A stretch of DNA of 61,439 nt from a virus (IMGVR_UViG_3300043256_000338:1-61439); one strand, 5' to 3'; positions 9,589-18,374 are shown, counted from the first letter of the stretch. Program-made: numbers and translations. The notes: a model not told the origin generated them from the letters alone.

Positions 9589-10254
9589 CTATTCGATCGG
9601 GATGTCGTCCGGTGGATTCGACGGATCACACTCCTGGTTGCACAGAGCAACGAAGTTGGCCAGCGTTTCCGTGTGCGGGCCGCAAACGACCTGCCGCTCC
9701 ACTGTGACCACTTCTACCACGGAAATCGAGTCCGTATCGACGTCGACCTCGAAGATCACGTCAACAGTCTCGATGGTACGCGTGCATGAGCAGCTTACAG
9801 AGAAGTCAAAGAGGAACGTTGCACCACAATCGACGTCCATCATCTCGTCGAAGAAGATCACCGGCGGCGCGAAGCCGCTGATCGTCGTGCTGGCATCCGC
9901 CTCCCCCATGAGGCCGGTACCCGAGCCGGACGACACACCGGCGATCGAATACCCGAAGCCATAGGAGTCACAGCCGTCGATCAGACCGCCATCGCAGGCC
10001 TGCCAGGACGCCACGACCCTGGCATCGACCGTGCACTGGCACCTAATGCTACTCAGCCACACGACCGTCAACGGAGACACTTTGAGGCACCGTCCCTGGC
10101 CGAACGATGGGAACCCGTTCTCGTCGGCATTCTGCGACGCGATGTCCTCGTCCCAAGCGCACTGCTGCGGAGCCAAAGACGCCGGGTCGGTTAGTCCAGT
10201 CTGTGCCCACGCAAGCGTTGACAGCAGCAGCAACACGATTGTCGTATTCCTCAT
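9589..10254 (-). CDS. Secreted Cys-rich acidic protein ending NPPDDIPIE
   Basis: Signal peptide MRNTTIVLLLLSTLAWA|Q; many Cys; GGAGGGG RBS. Confidence 0.75.
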   Translation of the reverse strand: MRNTTIVLLLLSTLAWAQTGLTDPASLAPQQCAWDEDIASQNADENGFPSFGQGRCLKVSPLTVVWLSSIRCQCTVDARVVASWQACDGGLIDGCDSYGFGYSIAGVSSGSGTGLMGEADASTTISGFAPPVIFFDEMMDVDCGATFLFDFSVSCSCTRTIETVDVIFEVDVDTDSISVVEVVTVERQVVCGPHTETLANFVALCNQECDPSNPPDDIPIE

Positions 10255-10982
10255 CGTCGATCCCCTCCCAGAGCATGCACCGTCTCAAGCGAGACCGGCG
10301 CGGTTGACAGCCGAAAGCTATGACCGAGCGAACGAAGCTCCTGCTTCATCGCACGGATCTCATCGTCGATCTCCGCCACCAGCGGGACCTCCATGAGCGT
10401 CACCATGGCTTCGGGTGAGTACGTCTTCTCTGTCCGGTTCAAGCAGTGCACGAGCTCGCAGTAACACTCGACCAGCCGATCCGTCAAGTCGCCCTTGAGC
10501 GGCTCTCCGCGGAACTGAAGCACCACGAGCATCCGATCGTCGACAAAGCGGATCTCGTGGGCGCGCGCCATCTGCATGCGTTCATGGTTGGTCGCCAAAT
10601 CTCCGAACTCGATCGGGACAGCGATCAGATCCCGGAGCCACGTCTGCACGCTCGAGGATAGCTCCCCGACGGACGGAGCCTCATTGCCCGACCGCTCAAT
10701 CGGCGGCGGCCCAACAAGCGCCTCAGCAGGCAGGACGTCACCCTCGTAGACGACTTCGCCGTCGACCACCTTGCGGTAGACCCTGCGCGTCGGGACAGGC
10801 TCCTGGACGTCTTCCTGGACCGGGACGAGCGGAAGGGCGCTCTCCAGGGCGGAGAGCTTGGGCGCAGTCTCAGGCAAGGCCTCGTCCGGATGTGGCAATA
10901 CGAACGTCAGGAACAGCATGAACAGAAGAAACAGAACCGTAGCAAACTCGGCGATCAAGACACGCACAGCTTCTCCTCTCAA
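10251..10982 (-). CDS. N-terminally membrane-anchored hypothetical protein
   Basis: Hydrophobic helix FATVLFLLFMLFLTFVL followed by a Pro/Glu linker. Confidence 0.7.
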   Translation of the reverse strand: MRGEAVRVLIAEFATVLFLLFMLFLTFVLPHPDEALPETAPKLSALESALPLVPVQEDVQEPVPTRRVYRKVVDGEVVYEGDVLPAEALVGPPPIERSGNEAPSVGELSSSVQTWLRDLIAVPIEFGDLATNHERMQMARAHEIRFVDDRMLVVLQFRGEPLKGDLTDRLVECYCELVHCLNRTEKTYSPEAMVTLMEVPLVAEIDDEIRAMKQELRSLGHSFRLSTAPVSLETVHALGGDRR

Positions 10983-11176
10983 AGGGTTAGAACCTTAAAC
11001 CGGAAACGGATTCGCTCCTCGAGTTGATCAAGCGACCCCTTCCACGCAGCGCTCGGAACCAAGGGGCCAGGCATGCCGGCCGACCGAACGATGTCCAGCT
11101 CACGCAACATGTCTGCGACAGCGCAGCGAACACAGTCACCAGTGTTCGCCCTATTGCAAGTTTTGCACGTCGCCAT
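10979..11176 (-). CDS. Small CxxC-CxxC protein
   Basis: CKTC...CVRC; coupled to neighbours. Confidence 0.55.
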   Translation of the reverse strand: MATCKTCNRANTGDCVRCAVADMLRELDIVRSAGMPGPLVPSAAWKGSLDQLEERIRFRFKVLTL

Positions 11177-11538
11177 CAGTACCGCATCCCCTTTGACGGA
11201 GGGTGCTTCTTCTTCATGTCATCGAAGAACTTCTGTTTCCTCAGCTTCTCGAAGAACTCCGCTCCCGCGGTGGGCGGATCGCCGTGGAGCCCATTCGCCT
11301 GCTTCTTCAGCTCTTCGACTCGAGCCTCGGCCACCTTCGACCTGGCCAGGCAATCGAGCGCGACGATCGACGCAGGGTCCTTGCCATCCGGATCGAAGCG
11401 GACGATCTGCTTGAGCGTCTTCTTCATGTCTTCGATCTGGCCCAACACCAAGTCGGCAGCGGCAAGCCGCAACATCATTCCCTGCACAATGAGCCCCTTC
11501 AGTAGCAGATCGCCATTGTCCTTCGGTTCAACTTTCAC
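11176..11538 (-). CDS. Hypothetical protein
   Basis: GTG at 11538 after AAGGAG. Confidence 0.6.
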   Translation of the reverse strand: MKVEPKDNGDLLLKGLIVQGMMLRLAAADLVLGQIEDMKKTLKQIVRFDPDGKDPASIVALDCLARSKVAEARVEELKKQANGLHGDPPTAGAEFFEKLRKQKFFDDMKKKHPPSKGMRY

Positions 11539-11908
11539 GGGAGACTCCTTGAAATTCCACGATGACATCTTGAACCAGGTAGGCCCCGCCACCGACCCGG
11601 GACGACCCGACGTTCGTGACCTTCGACACCACCCACCGGTAGGACGGCAAAATGGCCTTGAGCAGCGGAAGGTGGTCAAGCCCATAAAACTCGACCGACA
11701 CGACGTCGCGCGGGAGGAACACCGCGTCGATGGTCAGAACGACTCGGTCCATCCCGAGCGTCAGGATCATGTCGCCATTGAGGAAGTGGCTAACGCTAGC
11801 GTTCGAGTCCTGATCGAGCACGAACCGAGTAGGCGCCAGCACACCCTTCAGGTCGAAGCCGGCAGTCTCGAGCTGGAGGGCAGGGGTGACCGACACGAGC
11901 TCGTTCAC
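11528..11908 (-). CDS. Hypothetical protein
   Basis: GTGA overlap with upstream gene. Confidence 0.6.
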   Translation of the reverse strand: MNELVSVTPALQLETAGFDLKGVLAPTRFVLDQDSNASVSHFLNGDMILTLGMDRVVLTIDAVFLPRDVVSVEFYGLDHLPLLKAILPSYRWVVSKVTNVGSSRVGGGAYLVQDVIVEFQGVSRES

Positions 11909-12243
11909 TTGTCCACCGCCTTGGCCAGCACGGCGCGTGCATCACGACACTCCCAGGTATGGTCGTCGCCTGTACCGCTTCTTAGTCTTGGCCCACTAAA
12001 GCAGAAGCAGTACCCGTCAGGTAGGGCGCCAATAGCTTGCAGCGCGCTGTACAGCTCCGGCGCCAAGCTCCTCAGATTGTGGTCAGCCTCCCAATCCTCA
12101 GCAAGCAACCCCAGCAGGCCCAGCACCACGTCACGGGCGCCCTTCATGTCGACACTCTCGGCGAGCACGCCTCGGTCTAAAAACAGCTTGGCTTCGGCAA
12201 GCGCCGGGTGGTCGGTGCCAAAGGTTTTGAATGGGTCGCTCAC
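11905..12243 (-). CDS. Hypothetical two-module protein (FLDRGVxAESVDM module + APEL module)
   Basis: N-terminal module shared with 20127..20675. Confidence 0.65.
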   Translation of the reverse strand: MSDPFKTFGTDHPALAEAKLFLDRGVLAESVDMKGARDVVLGLLGLLAEDWEADHNLRSLAPELYSALQAIGALPDGYCFCFSGPRLRSGTGDDHTWECRDARAVLAKAVDK

Positions 12244-12740
12244 TTGCCCTCCTTCGCCCCGGAACGCAACCGATCGATTTCTTCTGCGATTGCCCGGGGC
12301 GAAGCCGTCGATGGCAGGTGACGACAGATATGCCAGACTTCAACAATGGTCAACTCCGGCTCTTCCAGCCAATAGTCAGGGACCTTGGGGACGTACGCAA
12401 TCAGCTTGTGACCCTCGCATAGCGGTGTGCAGTCAAGAACGAGGTCCCCATCTTTATCTATGGCAAGGTAGTCGCCATCTACGATGTTCTCGTCACTCAC
12501 CGACTCCCAATACAAGATCATGCTGGGCTCGGTCGGCCGGATCGTCCTCGGATCGATCGTCTTCAGCGGCGTCCCAGCCGGAATCGTCGCCGGCTCAGAA
12601 GCAAACCAGCAAGAATTTTTGTCCGGCGGACCACGGAGCAATCTGACTTCCCTTTCGATATCCGCCGCTGTCACGTCCATCGGCAGGCGCCTCACCGCGC
12701 GCGCGATCTCCACCAGGGTCACGTCGTCGGGTAGATTCAT
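12240..12740 (-). CDS. Hypothetical protein with duplicated terminal helical module
   Basis: VTLVEIARAVRRLP..DIEREVRLLRG versus LTIVEVWHICRHLP..AIAEEIDRLRSG. Confidence 0.65.
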   Translation of the reverse strand: MNLPDDVTLVEIARAVRRLPMDVTAADIEREVRLLRGPPDKNSCWFASEPATIPAGTPLKTIDPRTIRPTEPSMILYWESVSDENIVDGDYLAIDKDGDLVLDCTPLCEGHKLIAYVPKVPDYWLEEPELTIVEVWHICRHLPSTASPRAIAEEIDRLRSGAKEGK

Positions 12741-12742
12741 CG

Positions 12743-13081
12743 TCACTCCTCCACGGGCGCCGGCGGCGCCTCCACGGGTGCTATCGCGACCTTGCATCGA
12801 CACCTCATGCTCTCAGGGTTGATGCTGACCTCGACAACTTCGAACTCGAGCCCTCCGATGACATGACGATCGCCGACCTTCGAAGACTCCTCTGACTGAA
12901 ACGTGCTCACCACAACCCCGCGATCGATGCTCCACAGGACGATCTTCCACGGCGTCTCCATCGGCTCGGGTTCGGGCTCTGGTGGTAGCGTTGGTTGGGC
13001 GAGCGTCTTCTCGAGCACGTTGGCAATTCGATCGAACGAATCGGCGATCCGCTTCACTTGTTCGGCGATATCCAAGCTCAT
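12743..13081 (-). CDS. Hypothetical protein
   Basis: LxRIADxxxRIA coiled segment; coupled. Confidence 0.6.
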   Translation of the reverse strand: MSLDIAEQVKRIADSFDRIANVLEKTLAQPTLPPEPEPEPMETPWKIVLWSIDRGVVVSTFQSEESSKVGDRHVIGGLEFEVVEVSINPESMRCRCKVAIAPVEAPPAPVEE

Positions 13082-13254
13082 GTTTTCGCCGGTTTCGTGT
13101 TGATAATCAATGAGTCGAGTCCCATCTGGGGGTCCAACGCTACCTTGATCGTGTGGATGCGATGCCAGGTAGGGGTGAATACATCAACAATGAGATGACC
13201 CCCGTGCTCTTCTCTGATCTCTTCGAGTTTTTTGAGCAGCTCAGTTAGGTACAC
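13078..13254 (-). CDS. Hypothetical protein
   Basis: GTG at 13254 after GGAAGG; YLTELLKKLEEIREEHG. Confidence 0.6.
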   Translation of the reverse strand: MYLTELLKKLEEIREEHGGHLIVDVFTPTWHRIHTIKVALDPQMGLDSLIINTKPAKT

Positions 13255-13441
13255 AGCACACCTTCCGTGACAGGCAAGAAATGTCGGCCGAGCGCGCCAG
13301 GACAGTACGCTCGACCGACGGAAGGTGTGTGCTCTCTTTGGCGCCCTGCCAGACCATCGGGAGCTCGGATTTTCAAACCAGCCGGGCACTTTGCCCGACC
13401 GGCCCCATGTTTGACCAGTGGAGCTGGTCAACGCAACGGCA

Positions 13442-13470
13442 ACCATAGTCGCACAGGTGCGACTAGTCAA
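13442..13470 (-). promoter_or_regulatory. Sigma70-like promoter TTGACT-N17-TATGGT with palindromic operator TAGTCGCAC-NN-GTGCGACTA (13446..13465)
   Basis: Hexamers and 17-bp spacing read directly; perfect 9-bp inverted repeat fills the spacer. Confidence 0.75.
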
Positions 13471-13952
13471 CAGGGCTCTTCGAACACCTCCCGGACGAGC
13501 ACCCGCGCACCAGGCCTATCGTCCGAAGTCGCCCACCGCTTGCGCGTGACATGGTCCACGATCTGCTGGTCACCCTGGTAGACCAGCGCGAACGACCCGT
13601 GAGGCCAGTCAGCCAACACGTCCTCCAGGCCTTTCGTGAGATTCGTGAGATCTGGCTTGCTCGTCGGGAACGCCGGCGCTGCCCGCTTGAGCTCGCCCGC
13701 GAACTTGCCCGTCCGGTAGTGCGACGCCGGGCGCTCCAGCCAGTACGTGACTTCGAGTACCAGGGGCTGGCCCACCGTGAAGACCGGGAAGGGGCCGTCT
13801 AAGACCTCAGCCAGAGCCGCGGCTCGAACCCGCTTGAACCACGGGGAGGCCCGGCGGCGAGCCTTGCTCGAGCTCCGGGAGCGGTTCCAGGCCGGCTTGG
13901 CCATGGGATTCCCCAGGACTCGGAACTCAAGTTCGGTTTTTGTTCGGTTCAC
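13467..13952 (-). CDS. rusA: RusA-family Holliday junction resolvase
   Basis: FRVLGNPMAK, PTSKPDLTNLTKGLEDVL, GDQQIV; GTG start 13952. Confidence 0.85.
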   Translation of the reverse strand: MNRTKTELEFRVLGNPMAKPAWNRSRSSSKARRRASPWFKRVRAAALAEVLDGPFPVFTVGQPLVLEVTYWLERPASHYRTGKFAGELKRAAPAFPTSKPDLTNLTKGLEDVLADWPHGSFALVYQGDQQIVDHVTRKRWATSDDRPGARVLVREVFEEPC

Positions 13953-14454
13953 AAGTGCCCTTCGGCGCCGTGGACTCGTCTCCCGGCCACCCCTTCGTGA
14001 CGTCCCGCGGACGCCCAGCGTCGTGAACCGGAAATCCCACATCCGGACCCACAGCGTCGTCCGGGCGATGCATCGGGATCCCCGCGGTGCACCGCCGGCC
14101 CGAGTCGTCGTCCTCCGACGGCTCAGGCTCGGGCTCATCCCCATTCGACTGGAACCCGACCGCGTCCGCAGGCCCACCCTTGGATTCCTCGTCAGAACTC
14201 GGGAAGGCCCGATCAAGTAGATTTACGAATGCGAACCGATCCTGGTCGTTTGCGAACCGCAGGGCCCCGACGAACTCTTCGAGCCGATGGGAGCAGACCG
14301 CGGCGATCCGGGCCCGGAGCTGCGCCGGCGTCAGTGAGTCCTCTGGCAAGCGCCTGAGTAGCTGCTCGTGCTCCGCTTTGAGCTCCATGAGCCTGCGCAC
14401 TGCGCGGCGCGCAGCATCCGATCCCTCATGCTGGCCTGGTCTCGTTTCGTCCAT
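13927..14454 (-). CDS. Hypothetical protein
   Basis: Protein-like ORF from ATG 14454. Confidence 0.55.
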   Translation of the reverse strand: MDETRPGQHEGSDAARRAVRRLMELKAEHEQLLRRLPEDSLTPAQLRARIAAVCSHRLEEFVGALRFANDQDRFAFVNLLDRAFPSSDEESKGGPADAVGFQSNGDEPEPEPSEDDDSGRRCTAGIPMHRPDDAVGPDVGFPVHDAGRPRDVTKGWPGDESTAPKGTCEPNKNRT

Positions 14455-14600
14455 TTTCGCTCTCTTTCGATCTTGCCATGTTTCCGCCGCCGAGCCCCCT
14501 GTGAGCCGCCCACCCGACTGATGGCCCAGAGATGCCATCGAGCATCCATTGAGCAGGCAGAGAGCCGCTCCTGGCCACCGTGTTGGATCCTGGGGGTCGC

Positions 14601-15077
14601 TCAGATCCGTCCCGTCTGTGCATCGAGTATCTCCTGGGCTTCGTCGCACTTAGCGCACAGCGACCCCCCTGGGACCAGCCTGGACTCCACGAAACAGCTC
14701 CCACATTGCCCGAAAGGCCAGCCAGCCTTCGCCCGGGACCAATCGCAAGTATCCTCCCGAATCACTCGCCCTTGTCTCACAGACCCCGCCTTGATCGTCT
14801 TCTCTATCTCTATACAAGAGGAGCACTTACAGCTAGGGCAGGGCTGCCACGCACCACAGTGGACGCATTCCGGTGCCCCTGGAAACTTCGCACTGCAACA
14901 CCAGCAGACTGGGCACGAGAGCTGAACGAGAGCCGAGCAGACCGCTGTGGCCTCCGGCAGCGTGAGCCCTTCGATCACGCCGGGCGGCGGGAGATTAGCG
15001 ATGGCCCAGCATCGTGCTCCGGGATCGTCATTGCCAGGCAGCAGATTCAACATCGGGTGAACGGCCAGGTGAGCCAT
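14601..15077 (-). CDS. Cys-rich multi-CxxC (zinc-binding) hypothetical protein
   Basis: ATG 15077 after GAAAGGG; CPVC, CVHC, CPSC, CSSC, CGSC, CAKC. Confidence 0.55.
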   Translation of the reverse strand: MAHLAVHPMLNLLPGNDDPGARCWAIANLPPPGVIEGLTLPEATAVCSALVQLSCPVCWCCSAKFPGAPECVHCGAWQPCPSCKCSSCIEIEKTIKAGSVRQGRVIREDTCDWSRAKAGWPFGQCGSCFVESRLVPGGSLCAKCDEAQEILDAQTGRI

Positions 15078-15097
15078 GTGAGGCCCTTTCAAAAAAA

Positions 15098-15113
15098 TGT
15101 TCCACGTGGAACA
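15098..15113. promoter_or_regulatory. parS: parS-type palindrome TGTTCCACGTGGAACA
   Basis: Perfect 16-bp palindrome matching the conserved chromosomal ParB-binding consensus TGTTNCACGTGRAACA; intergenic. Confidence 0.75.
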
Positions 15114-15123
15114 ATTGTCCGGA

Positions 15124-15477
15124 AAACTACGCAACTCAAAGTGTCGACGCCTGTCATCGTAGTGTCGACGCCCTTCGTCGACACTTACACCTAGTACCAG
15201 TAAGGACTTACGCCAAGTGTCATCACTGTCGACGGGGGGTGCCCGTAAATGAGAGAATCGGCGATAAACTACGGATACAATAAGAGATAAGAGAGATGTC
15301 ATCCCTTTGGTCGATCATCGACATCGTCGACACTTCTCTCAGGTACACGCGCCCCCCGTCGACAGTGATGACACTTGCACGTAACTCCAGTCCCCATCAC
15401 AATCAAAGTGTCGGCATCCTAGGGTCGACGGTGCGTCGACAGTGTCGACACTTTGGCTGGATTTTGTTAGGGATTTG
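15124..15477. repeat. Putative replication origin: AGTGTCGAC iterons, 26-bp inverted repeat and A-rich spacer
   Basis: Nine GTCGAC between 15143 and 15449; perfect IR 15214..15239 / 15352..15377; directly downstream of the primase-polymerase gene. Confidence 0.7.
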
Positions 15478-17859
15478 TTAGGGTAGTGGGGCATCAGCAA
15501 TATCCGCTCCAGGATTCAGGCGAAATTTGGTGCGCGGGTCCCGGTACTGCCATTTCCGCTCATCGGTAGGGATGAGCCAGAACGTTTCGACCAGGATCTC
15601 CATGACGGGAATGATCTGGCGGACCCGGACTCTCCGAACCAGATCCCGACGGGAGAACGCCGACGTGGGGAAGCTCTTGAACGCCGCGTGGAGAGCCCTG
15701 AGCGCTTCCCGCTCGATGACCGAGTCCAGCTCCAGCCCGAAAGCCAGCCGAGCGTGCTGAACCAGCTTCGTGAACAGCGAGATAGCCCGCTCGACGTCCC
15801 GGACCTCCACGACGAAGGCAGAGCCGGGGGCGAACTCCTCGAAGGCCCTGGCAGCAGCCAGAGCCCCAGCAACGCGCGTGAGAAGCCCGTGAGCCTTGTT
15901 GTGGAACTCGACCAGGTCGTGGTTCGCCCCACCGGGCCGGAACTCCTTCTGGTGGACTCGGCGCCAGTCCAGGAACAGCGCACGGGCGTCCTGGTGGAAC
16001 TCCACCAGCCGCGGCTCGAGCGGGATCCCCTGGAGCAGGTAGTGCCTCGCCAGATCGATCCAGGGCTGTGCGTAGCCCTTAGAGGGACGCTGGACGTCCA
16101 CCCGGATGTCCTCCGGCCGGAAATCGGGAACGTTGATCATGAACCGAGCCATGAACCCAGAGTCGCGTAAGTGAGGGTTGTCAAAGAGGTAGTCGGTCGG
16201 AGCCCCCGTCTGGACGACCAGACAGATCGCGAGCTCGGGCTTCTTTATCACCCCCTGCCGGCGCTTCTTGTTCGCACGGTTGACCAGGATCGACTTGCCC
16301 GAGTAGCCGTTCATCGGAGTCGTCGTCTGCGGGGCCGCCCCGGTCACTGCCCAGAGCGGGGAGATCGCATTGTTCAAAAATATCGGCTCCCCATCGCAGA
16401 TGAACACCGAGCCACCCGAGTCCAGCAGTGATCCCTGCAGAGCAGCCTCGGTTGTGTCGGACGCAACCATCGATGACAAATCCACTGTCTTTCCTCTGTT
16501 ACGGACAAGCTCGAAATACAGGTTGCGGATAATCGTGGGGTCTGGTGTCGGTTGGCTCTTCTGGTTTGTCAGCTGTTCCTCGAGCATCTGGTGGTGGGCG
16601 ATAGCCCCCTCTTGGAGCTCTCGAGCCTGTCGTCCGGTCGTGATGTCGATGATAGGTTCGCGCACGAGGTCGACAATCTCCGATTTCCGGCCACCTGTCC
16701 GGATCAGCGAAAGGAGCCACAGCGGCGGGGGTTGAGTGAATTTCCCGTTGTCGAATCGGAGCCGCTTCGAGATCACCGCTGAGACGCCCGTCAGGTGGGC
16801 GAGCGCGAGCGTCGACTCCGGGACCTGCAGATACTCCCACGCCATGTTGAGATAGGCCGAGAAGCGGGGAGCGTCCCCGAAGACCTCCTCGATCGATATC
16901 GGGGGCCCCGCCTGCTCGTCCCGATCGAAGAACCGGATCGGCTCGAGGACGTCGTCGGGGAGAAGACTCGAGGGAGGCCGCCAGCCGGCCAGCCTGGCCT
17001 CCCGGACCACGGAGGCGATGGTCGTCCTCGAGTCGGTGTAATGCCGCGAGAACGACGACCACTGCGGCCCCTGCTCCTTCGCCGCGTACTTGTCCGGCCA
17101 GTTCTGGCTCCAGGCGTCCCACAGATCGAAGCCGTGCCTCCCCCAGCCGAGCTCGTGGATCGCGAACCCGACCCGGAGCCAGTCGTCGCGGACGATGCCC
17201 GGGATGTACCCGAGCATCTGCCGGTACTCCTCAAACGTCTCCGGCGAGTACGGACGGGCCCCGCCCGATGACGGAGGCGCTTCATGTGTGGGACCAGCCG
17301 ACGGCATCGACGCCGGCGGGACTACCCGGTTCTTGAGCCAGTCGATCAGCCATCCCGGAGCCGTCTCCGGCTTCCCCTCCCCCCAGGCGTAGATGTCGCC
17401 AGATGGGTGGACCGAGCAGGGTGCGAGGAAGTACCCGCCGTTCGACCGGATATCCACGCCGTCGGCCCCGGTCGAGAGCTTGGTCGGCGATCGGTCGTCG
17501 TACGTGTAGATATGCTGGACGCCCCGGTGGGTCTTCAGGACCGCCCCACCCAGGGGGCCGTGTTCGGCCTCAAGCGCCGCGCGGACCGCCATGCCGTCCT
17601 TGTCCGGGGTCTTGTCGAAGTCGAGCGACCAGAGCCCGGAGCCGCCTGAATCGAGCTCACCGGTGACAACTCCAATGTTCGCATCGGGTTGCTCTAGCCA
17701 CAGCCGGCGGATGTCGTCCTCGTCGTCGGTGGCGTCTTTCAGACCAGAGGAACCCTTGAGCGGTACTTTTGAACGTGGAGAGAGTCGAAATACTTGCCAT
17801 CCCAGCTTCGTGAGCTCGACCGCGCACTCGCCCAGCCCTGACAGGCCGACCTGCGCCAT
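15478..17859 (-). CDS. Bifunctional primase-polymerase with PriCT-2 and DUF3987-like C-terminal domain
   Basis: GWQVFRL..SKVP..DATDD..PDANIGVVTG, DIRSNGGYFLAPCSVHPSG, WLRVGFAIH..WDAWS, RTGGRKS, SGFMARF; ATG 17859 after GAAGGTG. Confidence 0.9.
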   Translation of the reverse strand: MAQVGLSGLGECAVELTKLGWQVFRLSPRSKVPLKGSSGLKDATDDEDDIRRLWLEQPDANIGVVTGELDSGGSGLWSLDFDKTPDKDGMAVRAALEAEHGPLGGAVLKTHRGVQHIYTYDDRSPTKLSTGADGVDIRSNGGYFLAPCSVHPSGDIYAWGEGKPETAPGWLIDWLKNRVVPPASMPSAGPTHEAPPSSGGARPYSPETFEEYRQMLGYIPGIVRDDWLRVGFAIHELGWGRHGFDLWDAWSQNWPDKYAAKEQGPQWSSFSRHYTDSRTTIASVVREARLAGWRPPSSLLPDDVLEPIRFFDRDEQAGPPISIEEVFGDAPRFSAYLNMAWEYLQVPESTLALAHLTGVSAVISKRLRFDNGKFTQPPPLWLLSLIRTGGRKSEIVDLVREPIIDITTGRQARELQEGAIAHHQMLEEQLTNQKSQPTPDPTIIRNLYFELVRNRGKTVDLSSMVASDTTEAALQGSLLDSGGSVFICDGEPIFLNNAISPLWAVTGAAPQTTTPMNGYSGKSILVNRANKKRRQGVIKKPELAICLVVQTGAPTDYLFDNPHLRDSGFMARFMINVPDFRPEDIRVDVQRPSKGYAQPWIDLARHYLLQGIPLEPRLVEFHQDARALFLDWRRVHQKEFRPGGANHDLVEFHNKAHGLLTRVAGALAAARAFEEFAPGSAFVVEVRDVERAISLFTKLVQHARLAFGLELDSVIEREALRALHAAFKSFPTSAFSRRDLVRRVRVRQIIPVMEILVETFWLIPTDERKWQYRDPRTKFRLNPGADIADAPLP

Positions 17860-17945
17860 ATACGGCACCTTCCGTTCGGGGGAATCCCCCGCGAGAAGAG
17901 GGGGGCCGCGAACGTACTGCAAGGGGCAAATAGATTCCAGCAGAA

Positions 17946-17965
17946 TAGGTGCAAGCCTAGGACTA
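17946..17965. promoter_or_regulatory. Operator-like site TAGGTGCA-AGCC-TAGGACTA upstream of primase-polymerase
   Basis: Fits the 20-bp motif found at six other sites. Confidence 0.55.
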
Positions 17966-18002
17966 GTGGCAACCGTCGCTGTTGGTACACCAGGGGTAGT
18001 GG

Positions 18003-18311
18003 TTACGCCGCCACGTTGATCGTGGGCAGGGTGTCATTGATAGCGCGAGTGAACAGCGATTGATCAAGGTCAGCAGAGATGCGAGCCGGCAGCTCACCTT
18101 CGAGGGTGAAACGAAGACTGAAGTGGACCACGTCCCACACCGAAACGGCGACGCCGTCAGAACAGATCAGGAGCACTTCGTAGACGTCGCCACCGAAGCG
18201 TACGGCGAATTCTTGGCCGCTTGCGTGAGTCGCCTTGAGCCAAAGCATTCCAGGGTTCGCGTCCAGGATTTCGCGGGTTGCTTGCGCGTCGCTGGTGGTC
18301 GTCTTCGTCAT
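18003..18311 (-). CDS. Hypothetical protein
   Basis: ATG 18311 after AAAGGGGAG; follows a repeated promoter cassette. Confidence 0.65.
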   Translation of the reverse strand: MTKTTTSDAQATREILDANPGMLWLKATHASGQEFAVRFGGDVYEVLLICSDGVAVSVWDVVHFSLRFTLEGELPARISADLDQSLFTRAINDTLPTINVAA

Positions 18312-18324
18312 GGTTGCTCCCCTT

Positions 18325-18374
18325 TGCTTGGACACATCAAAGAGTACGATGCTCCAAGGGATGCGGCCACCTAG
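18325..18374 (-). promoter_or_regulatory. Repeated promoter/operator cassette, copy A
   Basis: Closely similar to 23692..23739; TGGCCG-N17-TACTCT; operator 18350..18369. Confidence 0.65.

Noticed and set aside
11024-12646. 540-aa plus-strand ORF and other long plus-strand ORFs (541..1458, 39518..40930, 47181..48545)
   Set aside because: Antisense shadows of coupled minus-strand genes in GC-rich DNA; no motifs and biased composition
14601-15302. 233-aa ORF spanning the origin
   Set aside because: The 5' part is iteron DNA; a better start with RBS is at 15077
15140-15452. Repeats as a CRISPR array
   Set aside because: Short, irregularly spaced and in both orientations; no constant repeat-spacer period
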